A stretch of 40,936 nucleotides of DNA from positions 1 through 40,936 of the IMG/VR virus record IMGVR_UViG_3300037440_000439; one strand, given 5' to 3'. Positions within the stretch are counted from its first letter, which is position 1, and the number at the start of each line of letters is the position of its first letter. A program made the translations under genes and the position numbers. The DNA is from a virus. Lineage: Duplodnaviria; Caudoviricetes. This document shows positions 1 to 8,461 of this stretch, piece after piece. The notes beneath the pieces are model-generated. The model made no database searches. It worked only from the letters and a program-made list of their open reading frames with translations, and had not been told where the DNA came from.

Positions 1-346
1 AATCGGCGATCAGGTCGGCCGCGTTGATTTCCGCCCGGTCAAATCGGGGCCCGCCGCTTTTGGAGTAGCAAATTTCGATGCCGATATGCTTGCGGTTGCC
101 GGCTCCGGTGCCACCATCCCCCGCATGCCATCCGTTGCGATCCGTTGGCAAGCCCTGCCAAATTTCCACATCATCGACGGCAAAATGAAATGAGGTGGCC
201 AGGCCGTTTGACACCATATAGGCGATTTCGTTTTTGGCGGAGGCGTCATTGGCGGTATTGTGGACGCAAATGCCCTCGGGCGTCATTTTGTAAGGTGATT
301 TAAGGGAATATTTGCTTGAGGGGACCAGGTTTTTTTTGATGGTCAT
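1..346 (-). CDS. 5' part of amidase endolysin, truncated by window edge (full copy 37771..38730)
   Basis: Identical to 38385..38730. Confidence 0.9.
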   Translation of the reverse strand, partial: MTIKKNLVPSSKYSLKSPYKMTPEGICVHNTANDASAKNEIAYMVSNGLATSFHFAVDDVEIWQGLPTDRNGWHAGDGGTGAGNRKHIGIEICYSKSGGPRFDRAEINAADLIAD

Positions 347-726
347 ATATCAATACTCACCCTTTTTGACTTGGGGCGTTTTTTGATAATGCTTGAGGTG
401 ATCATCGCCCCTATTATTAGCCCGAACAAATAAAATCCGGTGACAAACATAATCGTAGCATGCGATGCAAAAGCCATTGGCGTAATTTCAACACCGCTGA
501 GTTCTGAAACTCTATTCAGAGAAGTCAAAGCAATGGCGGTAGCGTAAAAGCCAATTGCCACAGTGGCCCGATATACCTGATTCAAATGGTCCCGGTAGAA
601 TGTGGCCCCAATAAATAATCCCGAAATAGTGGTATAGGCCATCGATTGCCAAAAATAATTGGCACCATAAACGTAAATGATGGCCGGCCACAAAAATGCC
701 AATAAAAGTTGCATATTAGTTGTCAA
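343..726 (-). CDS. Multi-pass membrane protein in lysis cassette (possible holin or accessory)
   Basis: About 4 hydrophobic segments, basic C-tail (KKRPKSKR), overlaps the amidase start. Confidence 0.6.
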   Translation of the reverse strand: MTTNMQLLLAFLWPAIIYVYGANYFWQSMAYTTISGLFIGATFYRDHLNQVYRATVAIGFYATAIALTSLNRVSELSGVEITPMAFASHATIMFVTGFYLFGLIIGAMITSSIIKKRPKSKRVSIDI

Positions 727-907
727 CGTGTCGATTGATTTTGTAATTGAGCTCGTTGACCTTTTCGGTTAATTTGTCCAATAGTACATTCCGGCGCTTG
801 ACTTCATCAGTCAAATTTTCCAATTTTTTTTGAAATGAGAAAAGCAAAAACGCGGCAACCGCCACCGGAAATCCAAAGTTGGCCAAAATATTGGTGAAAT
901 CCTGCAT
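716..907 (-). CDS. YvrJ-like small membrane protein / holin-like
   Basis: N-terminal NFGFPVAVAAFLL TM segment followed by a coiled coil; upstream of endolysin. Confidence 0.7.
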   Translation of the reverse strand: MQDFTNILANFGFPVAVAAFLLFSFQKKLENLTDEVKRRNVLLDKLTEKVNELNYKINRHVDN

Positions 908-923
908 TAGTATTTATCATAAC

Positions 924-1445
924 CTAAGTTGATAATAGATGCATTTCAAATCGGCTCTGTCTTGTATTTCCTGAAAGTACGCTATCATCATCGCTTGCAA
1001 TGGCCCTCACCGAAACGGTGTCGGTGGCTGATAAGTTGATCAAACAATTGCACGTCAAGTTTATTTGTCCCACTCCGCTTGATCGACCAAATGATCGGGC
1101 GGTGATGGTTGAATTTTTATATACTCTGGTTTCGATAGCTTCTTGATCGGACGATATCCCAAAATCAAGTGATGCCAACACAATATAGAATCCGTCATAG
1201 GGGGCCGTGAATATACCGGTGGATTGATTGTAATTTGATCCGGTGTCAAATAACTCGGTTTCAAAAACAATATCGCTTGATGCTACATTGGCGGTTAAGT
1301 TAAGGTCATTTCCGGTGTCCATCCAAGCCGAAAACTTGGCGCTCAATCCTTGTTGGGTATTAATAACATCGGTGCGCAAATCATTATATTCGCTGGCAAA
1401 AATATCGTTTCCAGGCGATACGGTTGATGATGTCATTTCGCTCAT
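924..1445 (-). CDS. Tail-tip protein with C1q-like domain (candidate receptor-binding protein)
   Basis: FSA...IVFETELFDTGSNYNQSTGIFTAPYDGFY matches the C1q/TNF-like pattern; last gene of the tail module. Confidence 0.7.
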   Translation of the reverse strand: MSEMTSSTVSPGNDIFASEYNDLRTDVINTQQGLSAKFSAWMDTGNDLNLTANVASSDIVFETELFDTGSNYNQSTGIFTAPYDGFYIVLASLDFGISSDQEAIETRVYKNSTITARSFGRSSGVGQINLTCNCLINLSATDTVSVRAIASDDDSVLSGNTRQSRFEMHLLST

Positions 1446-1457
1446 AATAGCCTCATT

Positions 1458-1934
1458 TTACCCGATTGTTACGGTCCACACCAAACTCAAGGTATCATTT
1501 GACGTTTTGGTGCGACTGATGGCGGTCCGGCAAAAAAGGGTGCCGGAATCGGCGGTGTCGGTGGCGGCATCACCAAAAAGACCGGCTTCCGCCAAAGCAC
1601 CGTTGCCCTCACTGGTGGTGAAAAAGGTTTCAAAGGTGGCCACATTGCCCGAAACCGACCGGACGCTGACCAATTTGCGCTCAATTTCGGTTTCCAAATC
1701 GGTGTCCGATAATGCCGGGGCCGTTGAGCCGGTGCCCAGGGCACAATAGGTGATGATGCCTTTGTTGTTGGTGATAGTGCCGCGCAAGGCATCGGCGATT
1801 GAATTTTTGCCGGCGGTGACCACCATGTTGACATAATCATCCACCGACTTGATCCGACCGGTTTTGGCGTCACGCAAAATCAACCTGACCGCGCCGGTTG
1901 GCTTGATGTATTCCGGTATATATATTTTGCTCAT
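1458..1934 (-). CDS. Tail/baseplate structural protein (fibre-attachment-like)
   Basis: ALGTGSTAPALSDTDLETEI...EAGLF motif common in tail-fibre base proteins. Start re-called at MSKIYIP, just after the upstream stop. Confidence 0.65.
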   Translation of the reverse strand: MSKIYIPEYIKPTGAVRLILRDAKTGRIKSVDDYVNMVVTAGKNSIADALRGTITNNKGIITYCALGTGSTAPALSDTDLETEIERKLVSVRSVSGNVATFETFFTTSEGNGALAEAGLFGDAATDTADSGTLFCRTAISRTKTSNDTLSLVWTVTIG

Positions 1935-1935
1935 A

Positions 1936-3372
1936 TTATCCCCATTGGGACAAATTCCACCTGCCCCGTGTGTTAATTGTACCCGATGGCGAATCCTCGA
2001 CCCAAGTGTGATATGGTCCGGTCGAATCAATGGTCAAATCGTCGGTCAAGCTATCCGACAAAAGGGAATCGCTCAAATTCAAAAGTTCATCCACCACCTC
2101 ATTGTCATCCAATTCAATCAAGTTTTTGTTGGCCTCCAAAAGCTCGATCAAAAATCGGATGATGCCCAAGGTTTTGGCGCTGGCGACTTTGATGGTATAG
2201 CGGAAATTGCCGGCTCCAAAGGATCGGGCGATGACATCCTGCACAATATAGTCGGCATTGACGCCATAATCACTCAGGTTGATGTTGATGTATTGTCCGG
2301 ACACAAATCCGGTGGTATAGGTATCAAATGAGCCCTCAACAATATTGGCCGCGTAGTCGGTGAGCTCCGCCGATGCCCGATCCCGGGCCGCTTGGGTGGT
2401 TTTAATTTGTTTGTCAAAAATGGCAAATTCCCTTTGGCCATTGGCTTCGATGCTGTCCGTATCCTCAACCGCCACTAAAATTGGAATGTCATATTTGTAC
2501 GTCACCTCAAGGGTGTCGGAGCCGGTCAAAACACTCCCACCGCTATCCTGATCGATGTATTTTTCATTGTAGTTGACATACCAATCATACCCGGAATCGT
2601 CGATGTGCTTGATGCCGACGGTTTCCTGTGAGCCGTTGACCTCAACCGATACATCATGGGGTTTGTCGGGTAACACAAATTTGGTTTTTTCGCCGTCGCC
2701 GACTTCCGAATAGGTAGTAAAATCCGACAATTTGGTGCCGCCCCGGACATATACCCGATTTTTCAATTGGCTCAAATCCTTGGACAATTGTAGGTTGATA
2801 TAGGCATTTTGGGTGGAATCGATGTCAAATGGGGCGGTATTAGTAGTGAGGGGAAAATAGTGTATGTCCTTGTCATAGTCGATATACCAATTTCGCCCGG
2901 TCAAATCGCAAATTTGCCGCATACATTGTGATGGTTGCAAATAATTGAAACTGATTTGGTCGATGGTCACCCCCTCAACCACATTGTCGGTGGTGATCAT
3001 TTGGCCGGCGGAGTAGGTGTTGACAATATTCTCAATAATGGCTTTGTCGGTCGTGTTTTCATAGGTTTTATGCACCAAATTTTGATCCAAAAGCCACACA
3101 TAGTCGATGCAGGAAACCTTGGCCACCAGGGCACCGGTTTTGAGTTTGTCAGTCAAATCAATCCGGATGATATAACCGCCAAAAAGGGTGGTGCCGGAGC
3201 TATCCACGATGATCACTTCATCGGAAGTTGACGGCAGGCCATTGCCCGACAAGTCGGTGATGGCAAAATTGAGGGTGTTTTGCTGATCGTTGATGATATC
3301 CCGAATTTTGACACTTCCGGAAATAACATCGCCGGTCCGGTCGGTGCCGTCGATTGAAATTGAATATGCCAT
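1936..3372 (-). CDS. Minor tail / baseplate hub-like protein
   Basis: 478 aa directly after the tape measure; pattern (ICDLTGRNWYIDYDKDIHYF, NRVYVRGG, SGQYININL) typical of hub/Tal-like proteins. Confidence 0.7.
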   Translation of the reverse strand: MAYSISIDGTDRTGDVISGSVKIRDIINDQQNTLNFAITDLSGNGLPSTSDEVIIVDSSGTTLFGGYIIRIDLTDKLKTGALVAKVSCIDYVWLLDQNLVHKTYENTTDKAIIENIVNTYSAGQMITTDNVVEGVTIDQISFNYLQPSQCMRQICDLTGRNWYIDYDKDIHYFPLTTNTAPFDIDSTQNAYINLQLSKDLSQLKNRVYVRGGTKLSDFTTYSEVGDGEKTKFVLPDKPHDVSVEVNGSQETVGIKHIDDSGYDWYVNYNEKYIDQDSGGSVLTGSDTLEVTYKYDIPILVAVEDTDSIEANGQREFAIFDKQIKTTQAARDRASAELTDYAANIVEGSFDTYTTGFVSGQYININLSDYGVNADYIVQDVIARSFGAGNFRYTIKVASAKTLGIIRFLIELLEANKNLIELDDNEVVDELLNLSDSLLSDSLTDDLTIDSTGPYHTWVEDSPSGTINTRGRWNLSQWG

Positions 3373-5237
3373 TATAACCTCACATTGGCTTTCAAGCGCC
3401 GCATGATCGAATCACCGATCCGCTCCCCAATTTCGTCGGCTTGTTGTAAATCGCCAACCATGGCCCCGCTCATATCCACATATACATTGCCCATGGCCGG
3501 TGAAGCGCCTTGATTGACCAAGGTCGCCCCGGCCATCCTTGGGGTGATGTCGGCGGACCAAGCCAAATCATCCAAAGCCCGGTTGACTTTGGAAACTCCC
3601 CTTTGGACAACATCCAAAATGCTCGGCGATTCCCGGTGGGTCATATCAAGTTTGTCCTTAATTTTATTGACAAGCTCCTGAACCTTGCCCCATGCCCGCT
3701 CAAACGGCTCGGTGATTTTTTTGAATATAATGCCGCCCCACCCACTCAAAAACTCGATGGCGCCGTTGAATATTTTTTTGATGCCGTCCCAAACGGTGCT
3801 GGCCGTTTCCTTGATTCCCTGCCATGCTTTGCCCCAATCCCCGGAAAGCAAGGCCAAACCAACCTTGAGGATGCCGGATACAATGCCCCATGCGACTTGA
3901 ATGACCCCCTTGATAATTTCCCAAGCTCCGCTCAGGATTGAAATAATGCTATCGGAATTTTCACTAAACCAATCGGCAAGTTTTTGAATGGCCGGGTGCA
4001 AATACTCATTCCAAAAATTGACAATCCAATTGACAACATTATTGACAATATCGCGGATGCCCATGAAGTTGGTTTGCCAGGCCGTATATAAGCCGGCAAT
4101 GGCTAAAGCAACCAGAGTGATTGGGTTTAATAGTGCCCCCAAAAGGGCGGTGATAGTGCCGACGATAACCAAAACACCAAGGGCGATACCCAGGCCCTTC
4201 AAAAAGGTCAATACCAATTCCTGATTTTCTGAAATCCACTTGGCAATTTTTGAAAATATATCCTGCAATGACCGGAATATTTCAATCATCGGCAGGAATT
4301 TTTGGTAATCCTCCTCTGAAAGCCATGCACCAATATCAAAATCGGTGAAAACCTCCGAAAATAGTGAAATGGCGGTGCCGATTGTGCGGAAAAATTCGGT
4401 GATCCTATCACCATTTGCTTCCAAAAATGATACTATCCCACCCACGGCGTTTTTGACGATTTCAAAAATGCCCGAATCCATAGCAATGTCTTTGAGGGTG
4501 ATGCCGATGACGTCTTGAAGGTTGGAAATCAAGCCCTGCAAAGACTTGCTTTGGGCCTCCATTGCGCCCTCAAAAACCCCGCCCTCCGCACTTGCTTGGG
4601 CAAATGATTCGGTCAACATGTCATAAGTAATGTCCATTTCCCGCACTTGCTCGACCGTTTTGCCGGTGGATTTTGCCAACATGTCATATACATTGATCCC
4701 GGCGAAAGCAAATTGTTTGATGTCCAAGGCCGACGCCTTGCCAACGGCCTTGATTTGTTGCAAGTTGACGGCCAACCGATTCAATTCGGCGGTGCCCCCG
4801 CCGGTGGCGGCGATGGCATTGCCTAAATCGCGGATTTGATCCCGGGCATCGGAAGTATTGACACCGGCGGAAATCAGCAATTGATTGGCTTTGATCAGGT
4901 CCGGCAAATTATATGGGGTGGCTTTGGCTTCCTTTTCAATTTCCTTGATTGCTTCAATGGCTTTTCCCCGATCCTTGAGCAAAGTTGTGAAGGCAATTTC
5001 GGATTGCTCAAACTCCCCCGCCATATCAATGGCCTTTTTGGTGGCCACGCCCAAACCGGCGGTCAATACTCCGGTGAAAATGGCGGCCTTTTTGCCAAAA
5101 TCGGCCACGCCGGAGCCGACGCGTTGGATGGTTTTTCCCACACCCTGCACCCGACCCTCCACCTCACCCATTCCCTTTTTGAAATTGGAAATATCGGCGG
5201 TAACTTCGGCTACTACTGCACCAACATTGAAAGCCAT
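3372..5237 (-). CDS. Tape measure protein
   Basis: Tape-measure N-terminal motif (EQSEIAFTTLL, AKATPYNL, LQGLISNLQD), Trp-periodic amphipathic C-half, position after tail chaperones. Confidence 0.93.
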   Translation of the reverse strand: MAFNVGAVVAEVTADISNFKKGMGEVEGRVQGVGKTIQRVGSGVADFGKKAAIFTGVLTAGLGVATKKAIDMAGEFEQSEIAFTTLLKDRGKAIEAIKEIEKEAKATPYNLPDLIKANQLLISAGVNTSDARDQIRDLGNAIAATGGGTAELNRLAVNLQQIKAVGKASALDIKQFAFAGINVYDMLAKSTGKTVEQVREMDITYDMLTESFAQASAEGGVFEGAMEAQSKSLQGLISNLQDVIGITLKDIAMDSGIFEIVKNAVGGIVSFLEANGDRITEFFRTIGTAISLFSEVFTDFDIGAWLSEEDYQKFLPMIEIFRSLQDIFSKIAKWISENQELVLTFLKGLGIALGVLVIVGTITALLGALLNPITLVALAIAGLYTAWQTNFMGIRDIVNNVVNWIVNFWNEYLHPAIQKLADWFSENSDSIISILSGAWEIIKGVIQVAWGIVSGILKVGLALLSGDWGKAWQGIKETASTVWDGIKKIFNGAIEFLSGWGGIIFKKITEPFERAWGKVQELVNKIKDKLDMTHRESPSILDVVQRGVSKVNRALDDLAWSADITPRMAGATLVNQGASPAMGNVYVDMSGAMVGDLQQADEIGERIGDSIMRRLKANVRL

Positions 5238-5241
5238 AGTT

Positions 5242-5601
5242 TCATTTTACAATTATTTTGTTGCTTCTGCCCAATTGAGCTTTGAAGCGGTCAAAGCCGG
5301 ATTTGTCCAAAACCTCCGACGCCGGGGCCTCATGGCGTTTTTGCTCCCGATCCAAAATCAGGAATAAATCCTTGGGCTTTTTGACGTGGGGATTGTGGGC
5401 GATGGCCAATTGCATTTTCCAGTCGGAAATTTTGCGGACATTGGCTTGCTCGATCAAGTTGACCAGTTGATCGAAATATAAGCGGTTGAGGATGTCATCC
5501 AAGGCCCAACCGTATTCGGCGGCGGTAAAGTCAACGGCCCACCAAAGCCAATCATCGGTATTTAATTTTCGACTTGATCCGGCCGGGCCAGGGCTTTTTT
5601 T
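5242..5601 (-). CDS. Tail assembly chaperone, -1 frame extension (G-T product)
   Basis: The -1 frame is open from the A-AAA-AAA site (5595..5601) through WLWWAVDFTAAEYGW into the 5242..5502 ORF. Confidence 0.8.
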   Translation of the reverse strand, partial: KKSPGPAGSSRKLNTDDWLWWAVDFTAAEYGWALDDILNRLYFDQLVNLIEQANVRKISDWKMQLAIAHNPHVKKPKDLFLILDREQKRHEAPASEVLDKSGFDRFKAQLGRSNKIIVK

Positions 5602-5921
5602 ATTCGGTCATACACTTTTTGATAATTGTTGACCTCAAAAACTGCCATGGCCAAATCAACGGCCTCATCCAAACCCAATTCCTCGATTTCCTCTTTTTTC
5701 AAGGGTGTGGCAATAGCCAGAATCCTGATCACATCCGGCAAGCCCTCGGCAATCAATTCCGGCAATGCTTCCAATACGGTTTCGTTTTCCAGTGATTCAA
5801 GCTTTTTTTGATGTTTGGGCAAATCCTGTATTGCCTTGATCAATTTGGCATACCTGCCCAAAGGCAATTTTTTGACGGTGACCTTTTGGCCACTCTCTAG
5901 GGTAACGGTTTTGCTTTTCAT
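5562..5921 (-). CDS. Tail assembly chaperone (G-like)
   Basis: Between tail tube and tape measure; slippery heptamer near the 3' end. Confidence 0.85.
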   Translation of the reverse strand: MKSKTVTLESGQKVTVKKLPLGRYAKLIKAIQDLPKHQKKLESLENETVLEALPELIAEGLPDVIRILAIATPLKKEEIEELGLDEAVDLAMAVFEVNNYQKVYDRIKKALARPDQVEN

Positions 5922-5959
5922 AATATGGCGGCGACTAAGCGCACAATGCCATATAGGTG

Positions 5960-6469
5960 TTAGGCCGTGGAATCACCAATCATGCCAAGGTAGTTTTGAT
6001 CCGATTTGGATTCATCCAAAAGGGCTTTGAAGGTCACTTCGATGATTTTTTCTTCATCAACGGCGTGATTCAACACTACTTCGGACATAATTGAAGCCTT
6101 GTAGAATACGATGTCATGGCGCCTGGTCCCTTCCGAAATCGGGTGGAGGACCAATTCATACGCTTCGTCGGTGGCCTTTTTGCCTGCCAGGGCACCAATG
6201 GTGGTGCGGGCGTCACCGGCTCCGGCTACTCCAGAATGCGGGATGGCTTTGTGTAGGTTGGCCACGGTATATTCCGCCAGTGGCACGGTGGCTTCCAAAT
6301 TTTCTCCGATCAAATAGGATTCCACCGGAGTATTGCCGTATTTGTCCACCGTCACGTCATGGTATTCTGGGGTGTAGGTCACTTCGACACCGCCTTTGGT
6401 GTGACCCAAATCGACATCATTGAATGTGACACTACAAACACCTAGTTCGACATTTGTTACGTCGCTCAC
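5960..6469 (-). CDS. Major tail tube protein
   Basis: DLGHTKGGVEVTY motif of siphophage tube proteins; GGAGGTG RBS before GTG at 6469. Confidence 0.85.
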   Translation of the reverse strand: MSDVTNVELGVCSVTFNDVDLGHTKGGVEVTYTPEYHDVTVDKYGNTPVESYLIGENLEATVPLAEYTVANLHKAIPHSGVAGAGDARTTIGALAGKKATDEAYELVLHPISEGTRRHDIVFYKASIMSEVVLNHAVDEEKIIEVTFKALLDESKSDQNYLGMIGDSTA

Positions 6470-6470
6470 G

Positions 6471-6680
6471 TTATTCACCTCCCTTTTTTGCGCTTACTTG
6501 GTATTGATCCATTGTATCCTTGACATTTTTCGTCTGCAAATGCTTGAAGGTGTGGGCGGTATATTCCCCACACCTTGGGCAATGATAGGCAATCCGGCCG
6601 GCATACACGTATTCATAGCATATGAGTTTTCGACATACCCGGCACCTAAGCTCGCGGAAAATTTTGCCATTGATTTGCAT
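6471..6680 (-). CDS. Mu Com-like zinc-ribbon protein
   Basis: ELRCRVCRKLI...HCPRCG, the Com-family spacing. Confidence 0.65.
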   Translation of the reverse strand: MQINGKIFRELRCRVCRKLICYEYVYAGRIAYHCPRCGEYTAHTFKHLQTKNVKDTMDQYQVSAKKGGE

Positions 6681-6683
6681 GTA

Positions 6684-7061
6684 TTAGCGGGTCCGGCACC
6701 TGAAATTGATCGAAAATTCGTCCAATCCCCGATCGTTTCGACCGATGTGCCCGCCCTCACTGATTGCCAAAATAAAATAGAAGTATGTATTTCCGACGGT
6801 CAGGTTGGCTTGACGGTGCAGGGCGCTCCGGACGGCCTCCAAAGCCGTTTTTCCTGCCGAATAGCTATTGGCCCTCACCAACACCTGAAAATGGGGCTCA
6901 TTGGTCGGCAAATACGGGTCGGGCTCCATCCCGCCGGTGTCCAATACCGCATACACGGTGCCATCGCCCTTGTCGGGTAAATAGGATTTGAAAATGTCGG
7001 TGCCGACGGTACCCACACCCTCATCCTCCAAATGAGTGGCCACGTCATCAATTAGCGCCAT
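6684..7061 (-). CDS. Tail terminator / completion protein
   Basis: DTGG..P, P.FQVLVRA.SY, FSINF motifs; synteny. Confidence 0.75.
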   Translation of the reverse strand: MALIDDVATHLEDEGVGTVGTDIFKSYLPDKGDGTVYAVLDTGGMEPDPYLPTNEPHFQVLVRANSYSAGKTALEAVRSALHRQANLTVGNTYFYFILAISEGGHIGRNDRGLDEFSINFRCRTR

Positions 7062-7062
7062 A

Positions 7063-7428
7063 TTAGGTCCCCAACACTATTTTGGTTTTTTCACCCATGA
7101 TTTTTTGAAATACCGACAAATTGTTTTTGATCGGATCGATCAAATATTTGCCCTTCCGACCCTTTTGGAATTTGTATTCGGGGTGTTCATGAAGCCGGGC
7201 CGCATACACCTTGTCATAGCCGACCTTGGCCCCGGTGGGCATCGGCTCCACCCGACCGGAATTTTGCAAAAGTCCTTTGTCGTGGGGCACCTCAAATTGT
7301 GAAAGCCGCATAATTTCCAAAGCCACATCCCGCACCGGTTGGATTTTGACTTTTTCGGCTTGTTGTTGCAATTTTTTCATATTGGCCAAAAATTCCTTTG
7401 AGTTCCACTTGATTTTCACTCCCGCCAT
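7063..7428 (-). CDS. HK97 gp10-like neck protein
   Basis: VPHDKGLLQNS and YAARLHE...KYL motifs. Confidence 0.8.
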   Translation of the reverse strand: MAGVKIKWNSKEFLANMKKLQQQAEKVKIQPVRDVALEIMRLSQFEVPHDKGLLQNSGRVEPMPTGAKVGYDKVYAARLHEHPEYKFQKGRKGKYLIDPIKNNLSVFQKIMGEKTKIVLGT

Positions 7429-7736
7429 TTCAAAAGCTCCAATTTGATGTGGTGGGTATTGCCCGCCCCATCGACGGCCTCATATTTGCCATATACTTTG
7501 TATTTGTCGGTCCCATAAGTCACCCGGTCGTCGGTATTGACGCTGGTATCGGCCGGTACGTAGGCAACTGCATCAATGGTGATCAGGTTGCCGGTGGCTT
7601 CCAATTTCCGCTTGGTGGTTTTTTGAAACCGGGATTTGACACTGGTTCCCGATCCGACCGTTTCGCGGCCATAGGCGTCATAGGATGCCTGATTGTATAG
7701 GGTGATGGTTTGATTCATAAGCCCGGCCAAGCTCAT
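7416..7736 (-). CDS. Head closure / head-tail joining protein
   Basis: 106 aa, DAYG near the N-terminus, beta-rich; synteny after the connector. Confidence 0.7.
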   Translation of the reverse strand: MSLAGLMNQTITLYNQASYDAYGRETVGSGTSVKSRFQKTTKRKLEATGNLITIDAVAYVPADTSVNTDDRVTYGTDKYKVYGKYEAVDGAGNTHHIKLELLKWRE

Positions 7737-8434
7737 CGCGTAATCCTCCCGGTCCGGTTGATATAGCCGCGCAACAACAATTTGGCCTTGGGGGCGATCA
7801 TTCTGGTTAGGCCCGATTGTTTTTCACCCAATGAATAGGAATAGTCGCCGATTGATTCCGACTGTTTGTCCGATTTGTCGGTACGAAAAAAGTCATCACC
7901 CATGTTGACGATGTATTCAACCTGGGCCGCAACGGCCCGCCGGACCGGCTCGGGGATGGTTTTGTATATAGTGGTCACCGAATTGTCGGTGTGACTGACC
8001 ACATCCCGGTTGCGGGGGAATTTGGCGACCTGCCGGATTTGGTAAAAGCTGGTTGAATCGGGTGTGGTGTCCCAAGCGCTTTCAACCGTGATCACTCCGG
8101 CTTTGGTACTGCCGGTGATTTTCCGGCGTTGCCCGGCTCCGGTGCCACCCATGATTTCAATTTCACAAAGCGCAAAATAGTCGGCGTCATACTGATTTTG
8201 GTGCTCCGATTTCAGGGTGATGGTAGCTGATCCCCCGGCGGTGGCCCGGCCTTCGATTTCGGCTTCCAAAAATTTGTCCTGATACCCGATAAAGGCATCA
8301 AGCATTTCCTCCGCTTGGGAAATAACATCATCGGCCTCATCAGTATCGTTGATGGTGATATTGGCAAATTGTGCCAATTCGCCTTGGCTCAAGTACCCCC
8401 GGCGACTGGTTGGTGACGTTGCATTGACGGCCAT
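7733..8434 (-). CDS. Head-tail connector (adaptor) with inserted beta-rich domain
   Basis: FPR...IPEPVRRAVAAQVEY...SESIGDYSYS...AKLLLRGY connector pattern; central GTGAGQRRKI insert. Confidence 0.75.
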   Translation of the reverse strand: MAVNATSPTSRRGYLSQGELAQFANITINDTDEADDVISQAEEMLDAFIGYQDKFLEAEIEGRATAGGSATITLKSEHQNQYDADYFALCEIEIMGGTGAGQRRKITGSTKAGVITVESAWDTTPDSTSFYQIRQVAKFPRNRDVVSHTDNSVTTIYKTIPEPVRRAVAAQVEYIVNMGDDFFRTDKSDKQSESIGDYSYSLGEKQSGLTRMIAPKAKLLLRGYINRTGRITR

Positions 8435-8461
8435 ATATTCCTCTTAGTAAATAATATCATT

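Larger units (their letters stand above)
1..2552. repeat. Left copy of 2552-bp direct terminal repeat
   Basis: Sequence and ORF track recur at offset 38384 (e.g. 343..726 = 38727..39110). One difference seen: G2497 vs A40881. Confidence 0.97.
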
